Source: an uncultured virus (IMG/VR IMGVR_UViG_3300034279_000522) (Duplodnaviria > Heunggongvirae > Uroviricota > Caudoviricetes). From it: 64,000 nt of DNA. Numbering within the stretch: the first letter of the stretch is position 1; every line of letters begins with the position of its first letter. The position numbers and the translations under genes are program-made. The notes under the pieces are model-generated. The model saw only the letters and a list, made by a program, of their open reading frames with translations. It made no database searches and was not told the origin of the DNA. The stretch lies in IMG/VR virus record IMGVR_UViG_3300034279_000522; one strand, given 5' to 3'. This document shows, piece by piece, positions 25,818 through 37,800 of the stretch.

Positions 25818-28076
25818 ATGCCACTTCTTCTAAGATCGCAAGGGCGACAAGAAATAGCAAGAAGCGTTTATCGTGACATTTACAACGAAAACGATTACTA
25901 CTATTTCTTTGTCTCCCGCACTCTCGAATGGGACGAGAACCCACCTCATGGTGAGGAAAACCCAGAGCAACCTGTTGACTCTGTGTCATACTCAAACACG
26001 TCTCATAGAAACACATTGTTTGTAAAAAGAATAAATGCAAATGATGCGGTCTTAATGGCACCAAGATATAATTGGACACTAGGTACAGTTTACGCTCAAT
26101 ATGATGATTTATATGGGCAAACTAATGCGAACGGAAGATTGATTGCACCAGATGGGGGTGCATCATCATTATCGACTGCTAGGTTCTATGTTATAACTGA
26201 TGAATATAACGTATATAAATGTATCAGTAATGGTAAAAGAGGTGATGCATCCTCTGATCTTCCATCTGCAAGCACAGTCAAACCTACAGGAACAGATACG
26301 AATGCGTTTGAAACATCAGACGGTTATATTTGGAAATTTATGTTTCGTGTCGAAGCAGGTGATGTCACCAAGTTTCTAACACCAACGCATATTCCAGTTC
26401 GTAAGATGTCTGGGTTTGGTGAACCACAATATGACGTAAACGGGTTTGTAGACAGAATTGATGTTACGTTCGGTGGTTCAGGATACTCATCTGCACCGTA
26501 TGTTCGTATTCAGGGCGACGGTAAATCTGCACCTGATGTAATCATCGACAGTACCACAGGACAAGATGCAGAAGCATTTGCTACTTGTGCTACAAATGGA
26601 GCAAATCAAGATATTGTTTCGCAAATCGTAGTAACGAATGGTGGATCGGGGTATAGATCTGCGCTCTCTAAAACCTTTGATGGATCCTCTACGGGTGATA
26701 TTTCACTCACGACCGACGAAATTAGTATCACTAGTCATGGGTTTACGAACCTTGATCTCGTCAAATATTCAAATGGCGGCGGAAATTCTATTGGTGGATT
26801 AACACACAATAGATCGTATTATGTAATTCGTATTGATGCAAATACAATTAAACTCGCCACTTCATATGATGATGCAGATACAGATGTTGCGATTGACTTT
26901 ACTTCATTCGGTATTGGCGATGCACATTCGCTAACATTCGAAGGAACTAAGGTGTATCTTGCAGGAGGTACTGGTACTGGAGCAACTGCTTCTGCAGTTA
27001 TCACGGGGGGTGTAATTACTGGAATTACTGTAACAAACGGTGGTTTAGGTTATACTGGTGCCAGAGCAACTGCTGCTTTGGGAACAGGTGCAACTGCTGG
27101 TAAAGTAGTTTCAGTCACAGTAACCGAACCTGGATCTGGATTCTCGTTTGCGAATATCAATTTCATTCCTGTCGCTGGTGATTCAATTACCGAAACTGCA
27201 GCTGCAGCTGCGGTGCTTGGATTTACTGAGGGTGGCACACCACAAGAAAATGTGGAGGCGGCCGCCATTCCTGGAACTATTGACAGAATAGTAATTCTCT
27301 CAAGTGGAAATAGTTACATCCAAGGGGATGCCTCTGTCTCTATTGTAGGTGATGGACAAGATGCGCAAGCAAGATTGACATTAACTAACGGCGAAGTTAC
27401 TGGCATTACTATTACAAATCCAGGATCTGGTTATAGTTTTGCTGAAATTTCTGTAGTTAATGCTTCTGAAAATTCTCCAGGAACTGGCGCAAGGTTCAGA
27501 GCAATTATCTCACCATATGGTGGACACGGGTCGAACCCACAGAAAGAGTTGTTTGCTAAGAGTTTATCGTTGACGGTTTCTCTTACCAATGAAACCTCTG
27601 ACACATTCCTAAACAACGACTTTAGACAATTAGGTATTGTAAAGAATCCTAGAATTTTCGGATCTTCTAGTAACTTTACTTCAAATACTGGCAATTGTTG
27701 TTATGTTGTCGTAATAAATAATCCTGAATTGGTAGATTATGATGATGTTATTGAGGGCGATGATGGAGGAAGATTCATTGTTGTCCAAAAAGAAGATAGT
27801 AATAATGATGGTGTCGTAGATAGAATTCACTTGTTGCCTATTATACCAAAACTTTATGTATCGACTCAGTTGACTAATGTGAATACAGAAGTGGCATTAG
27901 GATCTATTGTACCCGATTCCTTTAATATAGGTACAGTAGCAGAACCTATTCTTGTTGATTATCTGGAACCAGAAGTTGACAATAGAACTGGTGAAATCAT
28001 ATATCTAGATAATAGAGTTAAAATAATTAGAACATCTGATCAAGTCGAAAAAATCAGAGCATTGATCAATTTTTAA
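25818..28076 (+). CDS. gp8: Baseplate wedge gp8 with inserted domains
   Basis: PRYNWTLG, FYVITDEYNVYKCISN, DGYIWKFMF, GGHG, FRQLGIVKNP, GEIIYLDNR...DQVEKI. Confidence 0.85.
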   Translation: MPLLLRSQGRQEIARSVYRDIYNENDYYYFFVSRTLEWDENPPHGEENPEQPVDSVSYSNTSHRNTLFVKRINANDAVLMAPRYNWTLGTVYAQYDDLYGQTNANGRLIAPDGGASSLSTARFYVITDEYNVYKCISNGKRGDASSDLPSASTVKPTGTDTNAFETSDGYIWKFMFRVEAGDVTKFLTPTHIPVRKMSGFGEPQYDVNGFVDRIDVTFGGSGYSSAPYVRIQGDGKSAPDVIIDSTTGQDAEAFATCATNGANQDIVSQIVVTNGGSGYRSALSKTFDGSSTGDISLTTDEISITSHGFTNLDLVKYSNGGGNSIGGLTHNRSYYVIRIDANTIKLATSYDDADTDVAIDFTSFGIGDAHSLTFEGTKVYLAGGTGTGATASAVITGGVITGITVTNGGLGYTGARATAALGTGATAGKVVSVTVTEPGSGFSFANINFIPVAGDSITETAAAAAVLGFTEGGTPQENVEAAAIPGTIDRIVILSSGNSYIQGDASVSIVGDGQDAQARLTLTNGEVTGITITNPGSGYSFAEISVVNASENSPGTGARFRAIISPYGGHGSNPQKELFAKSLSLTVSLTNETSDTFLNNDFRQLGIVKNPRIFGSSSNFTSNTGNCCYVVVINNPELVDYDDVIEGDDGGRFIVVQKEDSNNDGVVDRIHLLPIIPKLYVSTQLTNVNTEVALGSIVPDSFNIGTVAEPILVDYLEPEVDNRTGEIIYLDNRVKIIRTSDQVEKIRALINF

Positions 28077-28091
28077 AAGAAGTAGGAAAAT

Positions 28092-31000
28092 ATGGCACTG
28101 AATTTAAATACATCTCCGTATTATGATGACTTTGATGAGGCGAACAAGTTTCATAGAATTCTCTTCAAACCTGGATATGCGGTTCAGGCTCGCGAACTTA
28201 CACAATTACAAACCATTCTCCAAAATCAAGTTAATAAGTTCGGCGACCATATTTTCAAGAATGGCGCGATCGTTTCAGGTTGCGACGTTCAGATTGATAA
28301 TGAATTATCATATGTAAAAATTGATGCAAATGCTGCTGGAAATGCACGACTGCCAGAATATATCGGTAGAACAGTCGAGGGCGGTAACAATCTTACAGCA
28401 GTAATCGTAGACGCAATTGAAGCAACAGCAACAGATCCAGGAACTCTTTACCTGAGATACACAAGCGGTGATGGTAGCACAAATGCTGTCCACTTCACTG
28501 GCGCAGAAACTCTTACAGTTTTGCCAACTCCAGACCCAGAGGATACAGACCCTCTAGCAGATGATATATTTACTGTTCAAGCACTTGAAGTTGATACTGA
28601 CGTATTGACAAATAACTATTGGGGTCGTGCCACTCGCATGACTGTCGGTGAAGGTATTCTTTATATCGACGGTAAATTTATTCTCCATAGTTCGCAGACA
28701 ATTTATCTTTCAAAGTATACTGGCAACCCAACTGGTAGTGTATGCGTTGGTGCAGATGAGCAAGTATTAGACACGGGAGACGGTGTAGTGGGCGAGACTC
28801 TTCTCGATCCAGCACAAGGCACATATAACTTTGCTGCTCCTGGCGCAGATAGATACTATGTATCGACTGACCTAATTTTCGTCAATATTGGGGATACAAT
28901 CCCAGACGGATATTATGAAGTTGCAACAGTTGTTTCTGGTGGTCTTAATAGAACACATACCTCTGACATCTATGCCAAACTTGGCGACAATCTAGCACGC
29001 AGAACATATGATGAATCAGGTAATTATACGACAAAGGCATTTCCTGTTCTTGTTCGCGAACATCTAAATGTTGGTGGCAATAACGGTCTTTATACCGAAG
29101 AACTTGGTGGTGATGAATTTCTTCTTGCAGTCGGTCTTGAAGCGGGTAAAGCATATGTTCGCGGTTATGAGTACGAAACTCGCCAGACAGAATATGCTAT
29201 TACTGAAAAGGGTATTGACACCGTACAGAAATATAGTGTTCCCATTAGTTCTGCTTATGGCAACTATGTTGTAGTAACAGACTATAAGGGTGTTCTGCCA
29301 CTAGATGGTTCTAAGATTTCTCTACGCACCGACCCGCAAAACGGCGTTTCTGGTTCACAGACAGCAGTTCAAGGTACTGAAATTGGTACTGCTCGTGTTC
29401 GTCACATTGAACATGTTGGACCTGATGCTCCAGGAACTGCAACTGCAGTGTATAACATCTACGTTTACGATGTTCAGATGACAGCAGGAGACTTCGCCGA
29501 CGTTAGTGGATTGTATTACTCGACCAGTGGAACCAACGATGGTTATGCTGACGTTGTTGAATCTGTATTGAAGTCATCACAATATAATAAACTACTCTAT
29601 AGAATGCCATCGCGTGCTACTAAGACAATCAAACCACCATTTCCTTCTGGTAGTTATGAAACATCGTTATATTATACTAAGGTATATGAAAATATTGATA
29701 TAACATCGGGTGTTGGTAGCATTACACTATCGGGCAATGAGTTCTTTATCCAAGATCAAAATGATGCGATTGAAACTTACATCAATAGAAATCTTTTGAT
29801 GGTTCGAGATACTGGTGGTGCAATTGTTGATCTAACAGTAGGCACAGTTGATGCACAGGATCCTTCTTCGCAAATTATTAGTTTTTCTGGACTTGGTTTC
29901 TCTGATACGGTTACAGTATATTCTACAGTCGAAGCAAACTTTGCTGCGCCTCTTAGGAAAACTCTGAACCGAGCGAGACATGTTGCGTTTGACCTTTCAC
30001 TAAAAATTCCTACTACTGGAGTAAATACTAGCACTGAAGTTATTACATATAATAATCACGGTCTGCAAACGAATGATAAAATCAAGTATAAAGCGAATGG
30101 CGGAACTCCGATCGGCGGACTTACTGATGGAACTGAATATTTCGCAATCAATCTTGGGACGAATACATTTTCGGTTTCTGCATCTTCGGGTGGTTCAGCA
30201 ATAAATCTTTCGGGTACAGGTAACAATAATCAATACTTCTTCAAGGTAGATGGCGCTGCGTCATTAAACTTGGGCGTTGCTGACGTATTCTCTGTTGATG
30301 CTGTTTACAGAGCACCAGTTGGAACCACTACACGTGCGGCCGCTGTAACAACAGGTACTGATATCACCTCGCAATATACGTTGGATAATGGTCAGCGTGA
30401 TAACACATACGAACTTGCTAAACTTATACAAGCAAATAATGCACCTTCCCTGGAAGGTTTTAATCTGATTGTCAAGTTTAGTTACTTTACTCATGTCACA
30501 TTGTCAACGAATGCTGGTTACTTCGCGGTCGACTCATATGATGTATTGGATAGTGCAGAACCTGATAGTGCCTTTATCAAGACATACGAGATTCCAATTT
30601 ATACTTCACCAACGACTGGTGAATCGTATGACCTACGCGACACGCTGGACTTCCGAGTAAGAATTACCGACTCAGTTACACCTGCTACATTTGCAACAAT
30701 CGAGTCAGTACCAGTCAATCCAGCAAATTCAACTGGAACAATATTTAAACCATTGGGATTGAGTAATCTTACTATTCCTCGTCCTGAGCAAGAAATTAAT
30801 ATCAACTACGAATATTACGTTGGTCGTAAAGACAAGATCGTAATGGATGACCATGGAGTGTTCAGCGCAGTTAGTGGAACTCCATCACTAACTCCTGTCG
30901 AACCACTTACTCCAGAAAACGCGATGTGTATTGCGATCGTTACAATTCCACCATATCCTTCGCTTGCTCCTAATGTTGCAAAGTCAACAGGGCGCAATGA

Positions 31001-34000
31001 ATATGGTGTAACTTTCCGCACCCTTGATAATCGACGCTATACAATGCGCGATATTGGTGCAATTGAACAACGTGTTTCTCGCCTAGAATATTATACTACT
31101 CTGACACTTCTCGAAAAAGCAACAGAGTCTCTGTTTATTCCGAGTGCCACAGATGAAATGTTGAATAGATTTAAACATGGTATTCTAGTAGATGCGTTTA
31201 CTGGACACAATGTAGGTAATCCAAAGGATCTCAACTATAGTTGCTCGATTGATGCAGTCAATCAAGAACTCCGTCCTTACTTTAATATCGAAAATGTTGA
31301 TCTAATTTTTGATTCTGCAAATTCTATTGGCGTAAAAAAGACAGGCGATCTTCTAACACTTCCATATAACTATGGTGTTCTTACTCAGAATAAATTTGCT
31401 TCGAAGTCTAGAAACTGCGTTGGAGAACTCCTATTCAATTACATTGGAGATATGACCCTAGATCCTCCAGTTGATAACTGGACAGATACTGCACAACTTC
31501 CTGACCTCGCAGTAAACTTTGACGGCAACTACGACAACTTTGCTGCCATGGCAAATGCATGGGGAACTCAATGGAATGACTGGCAGGACATCGTAACTGG
31601 TCGTTCGATTTCGACCGATACAACTACAACAGGTGGACAGACTCGCGTATCTGGTGACACTCTTTTCCAAGAGCAAATTCAGATCTCAACGACAACCACT
31701 ACGCAGCGTCAAACACGTCAAGGTGTGACTATGGGTGTTACTCCAGAAACTACGACGAGGGATCTTGGTAATCGCGTAACAAATGCTTCTATCATTCCAT
31801 ATATGAGAAGTGTAACAATTACAGTTAAAACTAAGAGATTAAAACCTCTGACAAGAATCTATCCATTCTTTGACGGTATTGATGTTACAGCACATTGTCG
31901 CCCACTATCAAGTGCTGCTCTAACTGCATCACCGACTGATCCAGCAGAATATTCTGCATATGCTATTGCTGGTCCAACGGGTGTTTATGGTGCTCCGTTG
32001 GTTACTGATGCCAATGGCGAACTTGCAATTCAGTTTAAAATTCCTGCTGGTACGTTTAGAACAGGAACCAAGAACTTTAGAGTTTGCGACGATGCATTTA
32101 ATAGATCACCATTCATTACAACTTCAGCGACAAATTCATTCTCCGCGAATGGTCTTTCGCAGGTGGTCGAGGGAACTGTTGTTTCTACGAGAGAGGCAAA
32201 AGTATCTTTCACTAATGTTAGTGATTCTCGTTCGGTGACTGAAAACAATACTACTGCAAATCGCATCGGCGAGAGAACAGTTGGAACAATTCAGAATACT
32301 ACAGTAAATAACACCTTTACGACTGTTAACAACACTACAAACGTTTCTAATGTTACTAACAATACAATAGAAGTTAATGAAACCAATGTTGTAAATACGG
32401 TGGTTAATAATATTACTCTAGTGGAAGAAATTACTAATATTACTAATAATCCCACTATTGTTGTTGAGAGAGAAGTTCCAGTTCCTCCAATTATACCGCC
32501 ACCACCTCCGCCTCCACCGCCACCTCCTCCTCCTGGGCCACCAGCAGAACCTGAGTTGGTAGAGTTTAATTTCGACGATAATGGGTTTCCAGATTTTGGA
32601 AATCTTGGGTTCTTTGGTATTGGCCCTTTCGGAGCATTAGATCCACTCGCACAAAGTTTCTTTGTTGATGGTATGCCATTTGGAACATTCGCAACTGGTC
32701 TGGATGTATACTTCAGAACTAAGGGAACTGCTCCAATTACTCTACAACTTCGTGAGATGGTTAACGGATTTCCATCAGAGAAGGTTCTTCCATTCGGCGA
32801 AGTTACTTTGAGTGCAGACGAGGTTGCTGTATCAACTGAGAATCTCGCAGGTGAAGTAACATCATTCGCAGAAACTCGCTTCACATTCCCATCACCAGTA
32901 TATCTGCAAAACAATACAGAATATTGTTTCGTTCTTCTACCTGCGGGTAACGATCCTGGATATACTGCATGGGTTTCGGAACTCGGTGAAAATGAAGTAG
33001 GTATTTCTGGTGTTTCTAAGAGAATTTCAGAACAACCAAATGTTGGTATGTTGTTCACTTCTGCAAACAATCGCACATGGAGCGAAAAGCAAGCAGAAGA
33101 TATGAAGTTTACTCTGTATCGCGCAGTCTTTGATACATCAGTTATCTCGACTGCCAAGTTCCAGAATTCTAACTATGACTATCTTGCACTTTCAGAGCAG
33201 ATGCTTCTTGTTTCTAATGATGCAGTGACCCCGACCAAGTTCACTGCTGGTGAAAAGGTTTATGTCGAGGGGCATAATTCTGATGCTGATGAACCAAAGT
33301 ATGGTTATGTTAAGCAATATGATCCGTTGTATAATGTTCTGAAGATTGTTGTGCAGGAAGGTGTATTTACTGCCGCAGATATAATCACAAACGGAACAAT
33401 CAAAACTACAGTTACTGAAGTTGAAAATAAACTGATCAACTCTATCCAGACTAATATCGGTTACATGGACTTCACGCCAACTACGGGTGTTTGGACTTAT
33501 GCCAAGACTGCAAGTGGAGCATCTAGTGCAGGATCTACATACGATCGTCTGACGTTTGGTGAAACAAATGACATCCTAACAGAAGCAGCAATTTTCTCAA
33601 AATCAAACGAGACTGCTGATCTTGGCGGTAATAAGTCAATGAATCTTCGGTTTGGTATGAAAACAATGACTGATACAGTTTCTCCTGTGATCGATCTTAG
33701 AAAGTGTTCATTGATTTGTATTTCTAACTTCATCAATTCAGATGATGGTAATAGAGATGAAGATACTAATGTTGGTACTGCAAGTTCTAAATATATTTCG
33801 CGCCGAGTTAATCTTGATGGTAACTCAGAAGATTTGAGGGTCTATCTGAGTAATTATCTACCAGCAGGAACTTCAGCAAGAATATATGCTAAGTTGCAGA
33901 ATGCATCAGACTCTAGAAACTTTGAAGATCTTGATTGGTTGGAACTAGAGACGAGCGTATCGCCACTAAGTTCTACTGCCGCTGCTGGATTTGTTGAGTA

Positions 34001-34184
34001 TGAATATAAAATACCAAAGGCAAATAAAGTTGACGAACTAGAAGATGAACCCTTCACATACACGTATTCGAATGCGACTTATACCAAATTTGACAAAATG
34101 GCGATTAAGATTGTCATGTTCTCTAACAACAGTTCTATTGTTCCTAAGTTTAAGGAACTGAGAGCAATCGCGCTGCAGGTATAA
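28092..34184 (+). CDS. Large virion structural protein (VrlC / DUF4815-like)
   Basis: NTSPYYDDFD...RILFKPGYAVQARELTQLQ, LARRTYDESGNY, GKAYVRGYE, RRYTMRDIG, DPLAQSF, LRAIAL. Confidence 0.8.
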   Translation: MALNLNTSPYYDDFDEANKFHRILFKPGYAVQARELTQLQTILQNQVNKFGDHIFKNGAIVSGCDVQIDNELSYVKIDANAAGNARLPEYIGRTVEGGNNLTAVIVDAIEATATDPGTLYLRYTSGDGSTNAVHFTGAETLTVLPTPDPEDTDPLADDIFTVQALEVDTDVLTNNYWGRATRMTVGEGILYIDGKFILHSSQTIYLSKYTGNPTGSVCVGADEQVLDTGDGVVGETLLDPAQGTYNFAAPGADRYYVSTDLIFVNIGDTIPDGYYEVATVVSGGLNRTHTSDIYAKLGDNLARRTYDESGNYTTKAFPVLVREHLNVGGNNGLYTEELGGDEFLLAVGLEAGKAYVRGYEYETRQTEYAITEKGIDTVQKYSVPISSAYGNYVVVTDYKGVLPLDGSKISLRTDPQNGVSGSQTAVQGTEIGTARVRHIEHVGPDAPGTATAVYNIYVYDVQMTAGDFADVSGLYYSTSGTNDGYADVVESVLKSSQYNKLLYRMPSRATKTIKPPFPSGSYETSLYYTKVYENIDITSGVGSITLSGNEFFIQDQNDAIETYINRNLLMVRDTGGAIVDLTVGTVDAQDPSSQIISFSGLGFSDTVTVYSTVEANFAAPLRKTLNRARHVAFDLSLKIPTTGVNTSTEVITYNNHGLQTNDKIKYKANGGTPIGGLTDGTEYFAINLGTNTFSVSASSGGSAINLSGTGNNNQYFFKVDGAASLNLGVADVFSVDAVYRAPVGTTTRAAAVTTGTDITSQYTLDNGQRDNTYELAKLIQANNAPSLEGFNLIVKFSYFTHVTLSTNAGYFAVDSYDVLDSAEPDSAFIKTYEIPIYTSPTTGESYDLRDTLDFRVRITDSVTPATFATIESVPVNPANSTGTIFKPLGLSNLTIPRPEQEININYEYYVGRKDKIVMDDHGVFSAVSGTPSLTPVEPLTPENAMCIAIVTIPPYPSLAPNVAKSTGRNEYGVTFRTLDNRRYTMRDIGAIEQRVSRLEYYTTLTLLEKATESLFIPSATDEMLNRFKHGILVDAFTGHNVGNPKDLNYSCSIDAVNQELRPYFNIENVDLIFDSANSIGVKKTGDLLTLPYNYGVLTQNKFASKSRNCVGELLFNYIGDMTLDPPVDNWTDTAQLPDLAVNFDGNYDNFAAMANAWGTQWNDWQDIVTGRSISTDTTTTGGQTRVSGDTLFQEQIQISTTTTTQRQTRQGVTMGVTPETTTRDLGNRVTNASIIPYMRSVTITVKTKRLKPLTRIYPFFDGIDVTAHCRPLSSAALTASPTDPAEYSAYAIAGPTGVYGAPLVTDANGELAIQFKIPAGTFRTGTKNFRVCDDAFNRSPFITTSATNSFSANGLSQVVEGTVVSTREAKVSFTNVSDSRSVTENNTTANRIGERTVGTIQNTTVNNTFTTVNNTTNVSNVTNNTIEVNETNVVNTVVNNITLVEEITNITNNPTIVVEREVPVPPIIPPPPPPPPPPPPPGPPAEPELVEFNFDDNGFPDFGNLGFFGIGPFGALDPLAQSFFVDGMPFGTFATGLDVYFRTKGTAPITLQLREMVNGFPSEKVLPFGEVTLSADEVAVSTENLAGEVTSFAETRFTFPSPVYLQNNTEYCFVLLPAGNDPGYTAWVSELGENEVGISGVSKRISEQPNVGMLFTSANNRTWSEKQAEDMKFTLYRAVFDTSVISTAKFQNSNYDYLALSEQMLLVSNDAVTPTKFTAGEKVYVEGHNSDADEPKYGYVKQYDPLYNVLKIVVQEGVFTAADIITNGTIKTTVTEVENKLINSIQTNIGYMDFTPTTGVWTYAKTASGASSAGSTYDRLTFGETNDILTEAAIFSKSNETADLGGNKSMNLRFGMKTMTDTVSPVIDLRKCSLICISNFINSDDGNRDEDTNVGTASSKYISRRVNLDGNSEDLRVYLSNYLPAGTSARIYAKLQNASDSRNFEDLDWLELETSVSPLSSTAAAGFVEYEYKIPKANKVDELEDEPFTYTYSNATYTKFDKMAIKIVMFSNNSSIVPKFKELRAIALQV

Positions 34185-34185
34185 T

Positions 34186-34413
34186 ATGGCAAAATTCGCA
34201 CTTCAAGATACGAATAAATACATTAGAGATGGAGACTCCAAAGCAATTGTCTCTACTGATAAACACGAATTAGCAGCATATAATGCACAACGTGAAAGAC
34301 TTAAACAAATGAAGTCATATGGAATTGAGATTAATGAATTAAAGAATGAGATGACGGAAATTAAATCTTTGTTAACACAAATTCTCAACAATCATGAAGG
34401 TAGGAAAGCATGA
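34186..34413 (+). CDS. Small coiled-coil hypothetical protein
   Basis: RD..SKAIV...EINELKNEMTEIKSLL; tightly coupled to both neighbours. Confidence 0.75.
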   Translation: MAKFALQDTNKYIRDGDSKAIVSTDKHELAAYNAQRERLKQMKSYGIEINELKNEMTEIKSLLTQILNNHEGRKA

Positions 34414-34892
34414 GCACAATTACACTGAGGTCCGCCAAGGGCGTACCTTTAACAAATAATGAGGTTGATGATAACTTTACCAACCTCAATGACGATAAGT
34501 ATCAATCTGGTGACAGTCCATCGTTCGAGAACCTGACACTAACTGGCGCATTTATCCCATCGGTAACTGCATCGGTTGCTGCAGCAGGAACCGATCAAGG
34601 CACTGCAACTGCGCTGACAAAAACAGTCAATATTGTCACCTCGGCAACAACAAACCAAGGGGTCAAACTCCCGACTGCTGCTGTAGGCGTTTCTGTTACT
34701 ATTATCAATACTACTGCGGTTACCATTAAGGTTTATCCAAGCACATCTGACGTCATTGACGAAGGAACTGTGAACGTTGCTGTTAATCTGGCACCATATA
34801 GTTCTGTTCAGTTAGTTGCACAGGATACGCAAGACTGGTATCGCATTACCAATCTTATTGTTTACGACACAAGTGGTAACAGGTTAAACTAA
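34410..34892 (+). CDS. Putative fibre/adaptor structural protein
   Basis: ITLRSAKGVPLTNNEVDDNF N-terminus typical of phage fibre anchors; ATGA overlap with upstream gene. Confidence 0.65.
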   Translation: MSTITLRSAKGVPLTNNEVDDNFTNLNDDKYQSGDSPSFENLTLTGAFIPSVTASVAAAGTDQGTATALTKTVNIVTSATTNQGVKLPTAAVGVSVTIINTTAVTIKVYPSTSDVIDEGTVNVAVNLAPYSSVQLVAQDTQDWYRITNLIVYDTSGNRLN

Positions 34893-34893
34893 A

Positions 34894-37800
34894 ATGAATC
34901 CTCTAAAGGTCAAAGCATCTACGACGCCAATTACGTCTGCTGTTTTCAGTGGTCTAGAACCTTTGACCAATGCAGAGGTTCAGAACTATATTGCCAATGT
35001 TATCACAACTAAGTTCGCGACGGATACAACTGGATCTGGCGCTGCTGAGATAAACATCACAACAGACAATTCGGGGACAGGAACTTCTATTGGAACGTTC
35101 GTTGATACGGATAGAACTGAAGCGACAGGAACACATCCTGCCACGGGTGACACAACTAGCACTACATACTATGTAAAGCAAGTAACTGCTCCTGCTTCTG
35201 AAAATGTTACTGCTCGTCCTGTTGCTTGGTTATCTGATGGCATTCGCCGAATGACAGATGGCGATTTAGATGGCGTTTTAGATACTGTAATCTCAGCGTT
35301 TGTTTCTGAGTCTGAGTATACTGCTGGTCAATATAGACTACAAGCAACTGCTCCGACAGGTGGAACTTGGCAAGCAAGATACACACTCACTGATGTTGCG
35401 AACGGCGGAAATACCACAACCTACCTGTGGCAAAAAACCGCTGCTTCGACAGCTGCCAACGATTCTCTTGCACCATTAAAAAGTAACGATGCCAACTCGT
35501 TGAAGATCATGACCGCTGCCGAAATTGAGCAGTTGGTTCCGAACTTCCGTAATCGCATTATCGATACTAATATCGGAACTTATAAACTCCAAGCGACTGC
35601 TCCAGGTGGCGGAACATGGGTTGAATTAGGAACCTCTACTACTGATACCAGAGAGCAAGTTTCTCCACAAAATTATGTTGGTAACTATACTGGTAATTAT
35701 TCCGGAAATTATGTAGGTCCACAATATACTGCATTCTTTACAAGTCCTGCATACTCCCGTGCGTTTACTGGTAACTATGGCGGAACTGCAACATATACAG
35801 GATTTTTCTCTGGTCCAGGAACAACGTATAGTGGATTCTTCACTGGATTTTTCACTGGTCCTGGATATAGTTCTCCATATAGTGGCGTGACATATTCACC
35901 TGCTGCATCCTATACTGGTAACTACGTAGGTCCAGCAAACTATTCTGGTACATATACTGGTCTTGAATTGGTTGGATATACTGGTTTCTATAGTGGAGGT
36001 CCATTCTATTCCACAACTGGTGGCACATATAGCACAAGTTATACTGGATATTATAGTAGTGCACCAACGTCAGGTCCAGCATATTCTGGGACATATACTG
36101 GTCCTGGACCTACGCGATTTGCTGTAGAATTCTACACTGGATTTTATACTGGATATTACTCAGGTCCATCTATAAACTATACTGGAACACCATATTCTAC
36201 TTCTGTTCCATATACTGGTTTTTATACTGGTCCAGCATTTTACTCTGGTCCAGGAGCATCATATACAGGGTATTTCCAATCACCAGCATATACTGGTTTC
36301 TATAGCAGTGGTAGCGCCAATTATACAGGGTTCTTCCAAGCACAAGCATATGCTGGTAACTACAGTGGTGGTGGTGGATCCTATACGGGGTATTTCCAAT
36401 CACCAGCATATACTGGTACCTATGTTGGAGGTGGCACCAATTATACTGGGTTATTTGTAGCTGACGTATTTGTTGGATACTACTCTGGTCCAGGAGCATC
36501 GTATACTGGTTATTATGATGGCGAAGGTCCACCAGAGCAAGATTTCTTTGGTCCAATTTTAACTCCATATGCGGGTAATTATACTGGTGCGCCTGTCACT
36601 CAGAATTATGCTGGATATTATACTGGTGCACCAACGACACTATACTATGAAGGTATAAGTCCTGGACCTCCAATCGCTCCAGGTGAACCTGGAGAACCAG
36701 TTCCTAATTACCGAGAAGAGTTTGGTCCAGGAATTTATGTTGGATATTATACTAGCACAGGTCCAGGAGTTTACACTGGTTATTATCTAGGAACAGTTCC
36801 AACCATTGTACCATATACTGGTTTCTATAGTGGTGGTGGAACAACCAACTATGCTGGTCCAGCATACCAAGCACAGATCCCCATTTTCGGCGGCAGCATG
36901 CCTGCATTCTACTTGGGGTATTTCAGCGGTGGTCCAGGAGCAACGTATACTGGATATTACAGTAGCACCTACACTGGTTTCTACAGTGGCGCAGGAACGA
37001 CGTATACTGGATACTATACGCTGCAATGGGATATTACTGGGTTCAACGGACTGCCAACAGGATCCATTCCTGCATTTTATAGCGGAACCTTCAGCGGTCC
37101 AGGTACACCCTATACAGGGTATTTCCAATCACCAGCATATACTGGTTTCTACACTGGCGCTCCTACCAATTATACTGGTACTGCATCATACACAGGATAC
37201 TATCTTGGTTCTGGTGGACCATCATTTATGGGTTCTATATATACTGGGTTCGGTGGAAATTTTGCTGCAGGTAATGAGCCAGGAGGGTCGTTTGCGGCGT
37301 TCTATAGTAGTGGTCCAGGAACTTCATATTCAGCAAACTACTCCAGTGCACCAGTTGCATATACTGGTGTATATAGTGGAACGTATAGTCAAAGTGTAGC
37401 ATACGCTGGACTAACAAATTATACTGGACCATCATATTCTGCGACAATTCCAGGATCGACATATACTGGATATTATACTGGTCCAACATATACCACACCA
37501 ACAGGTCCAGCATATGGTCAAACATATTCGGGTAACTACAATGGATTCGTTCCAGGAACTCCATACACTGGAAACTACTCTGGTTCTGCAACCTATACAG
37601 GTTTCTATAGTGGTGTAGGTGGTAGCAATTATACTGCGATTTTCATCAGTCCTGTATATTCAGCAACTTATAGTGGTAGCTTTACTGGCAATTTCTCTGG
37701 TACTGATAACTACACAGGAAACTTTATTGGACCTGCTACATATACTGGTAATTATACTGGTAATTTTACAAGTACGTATACCAATATATATAGTGGGAAC

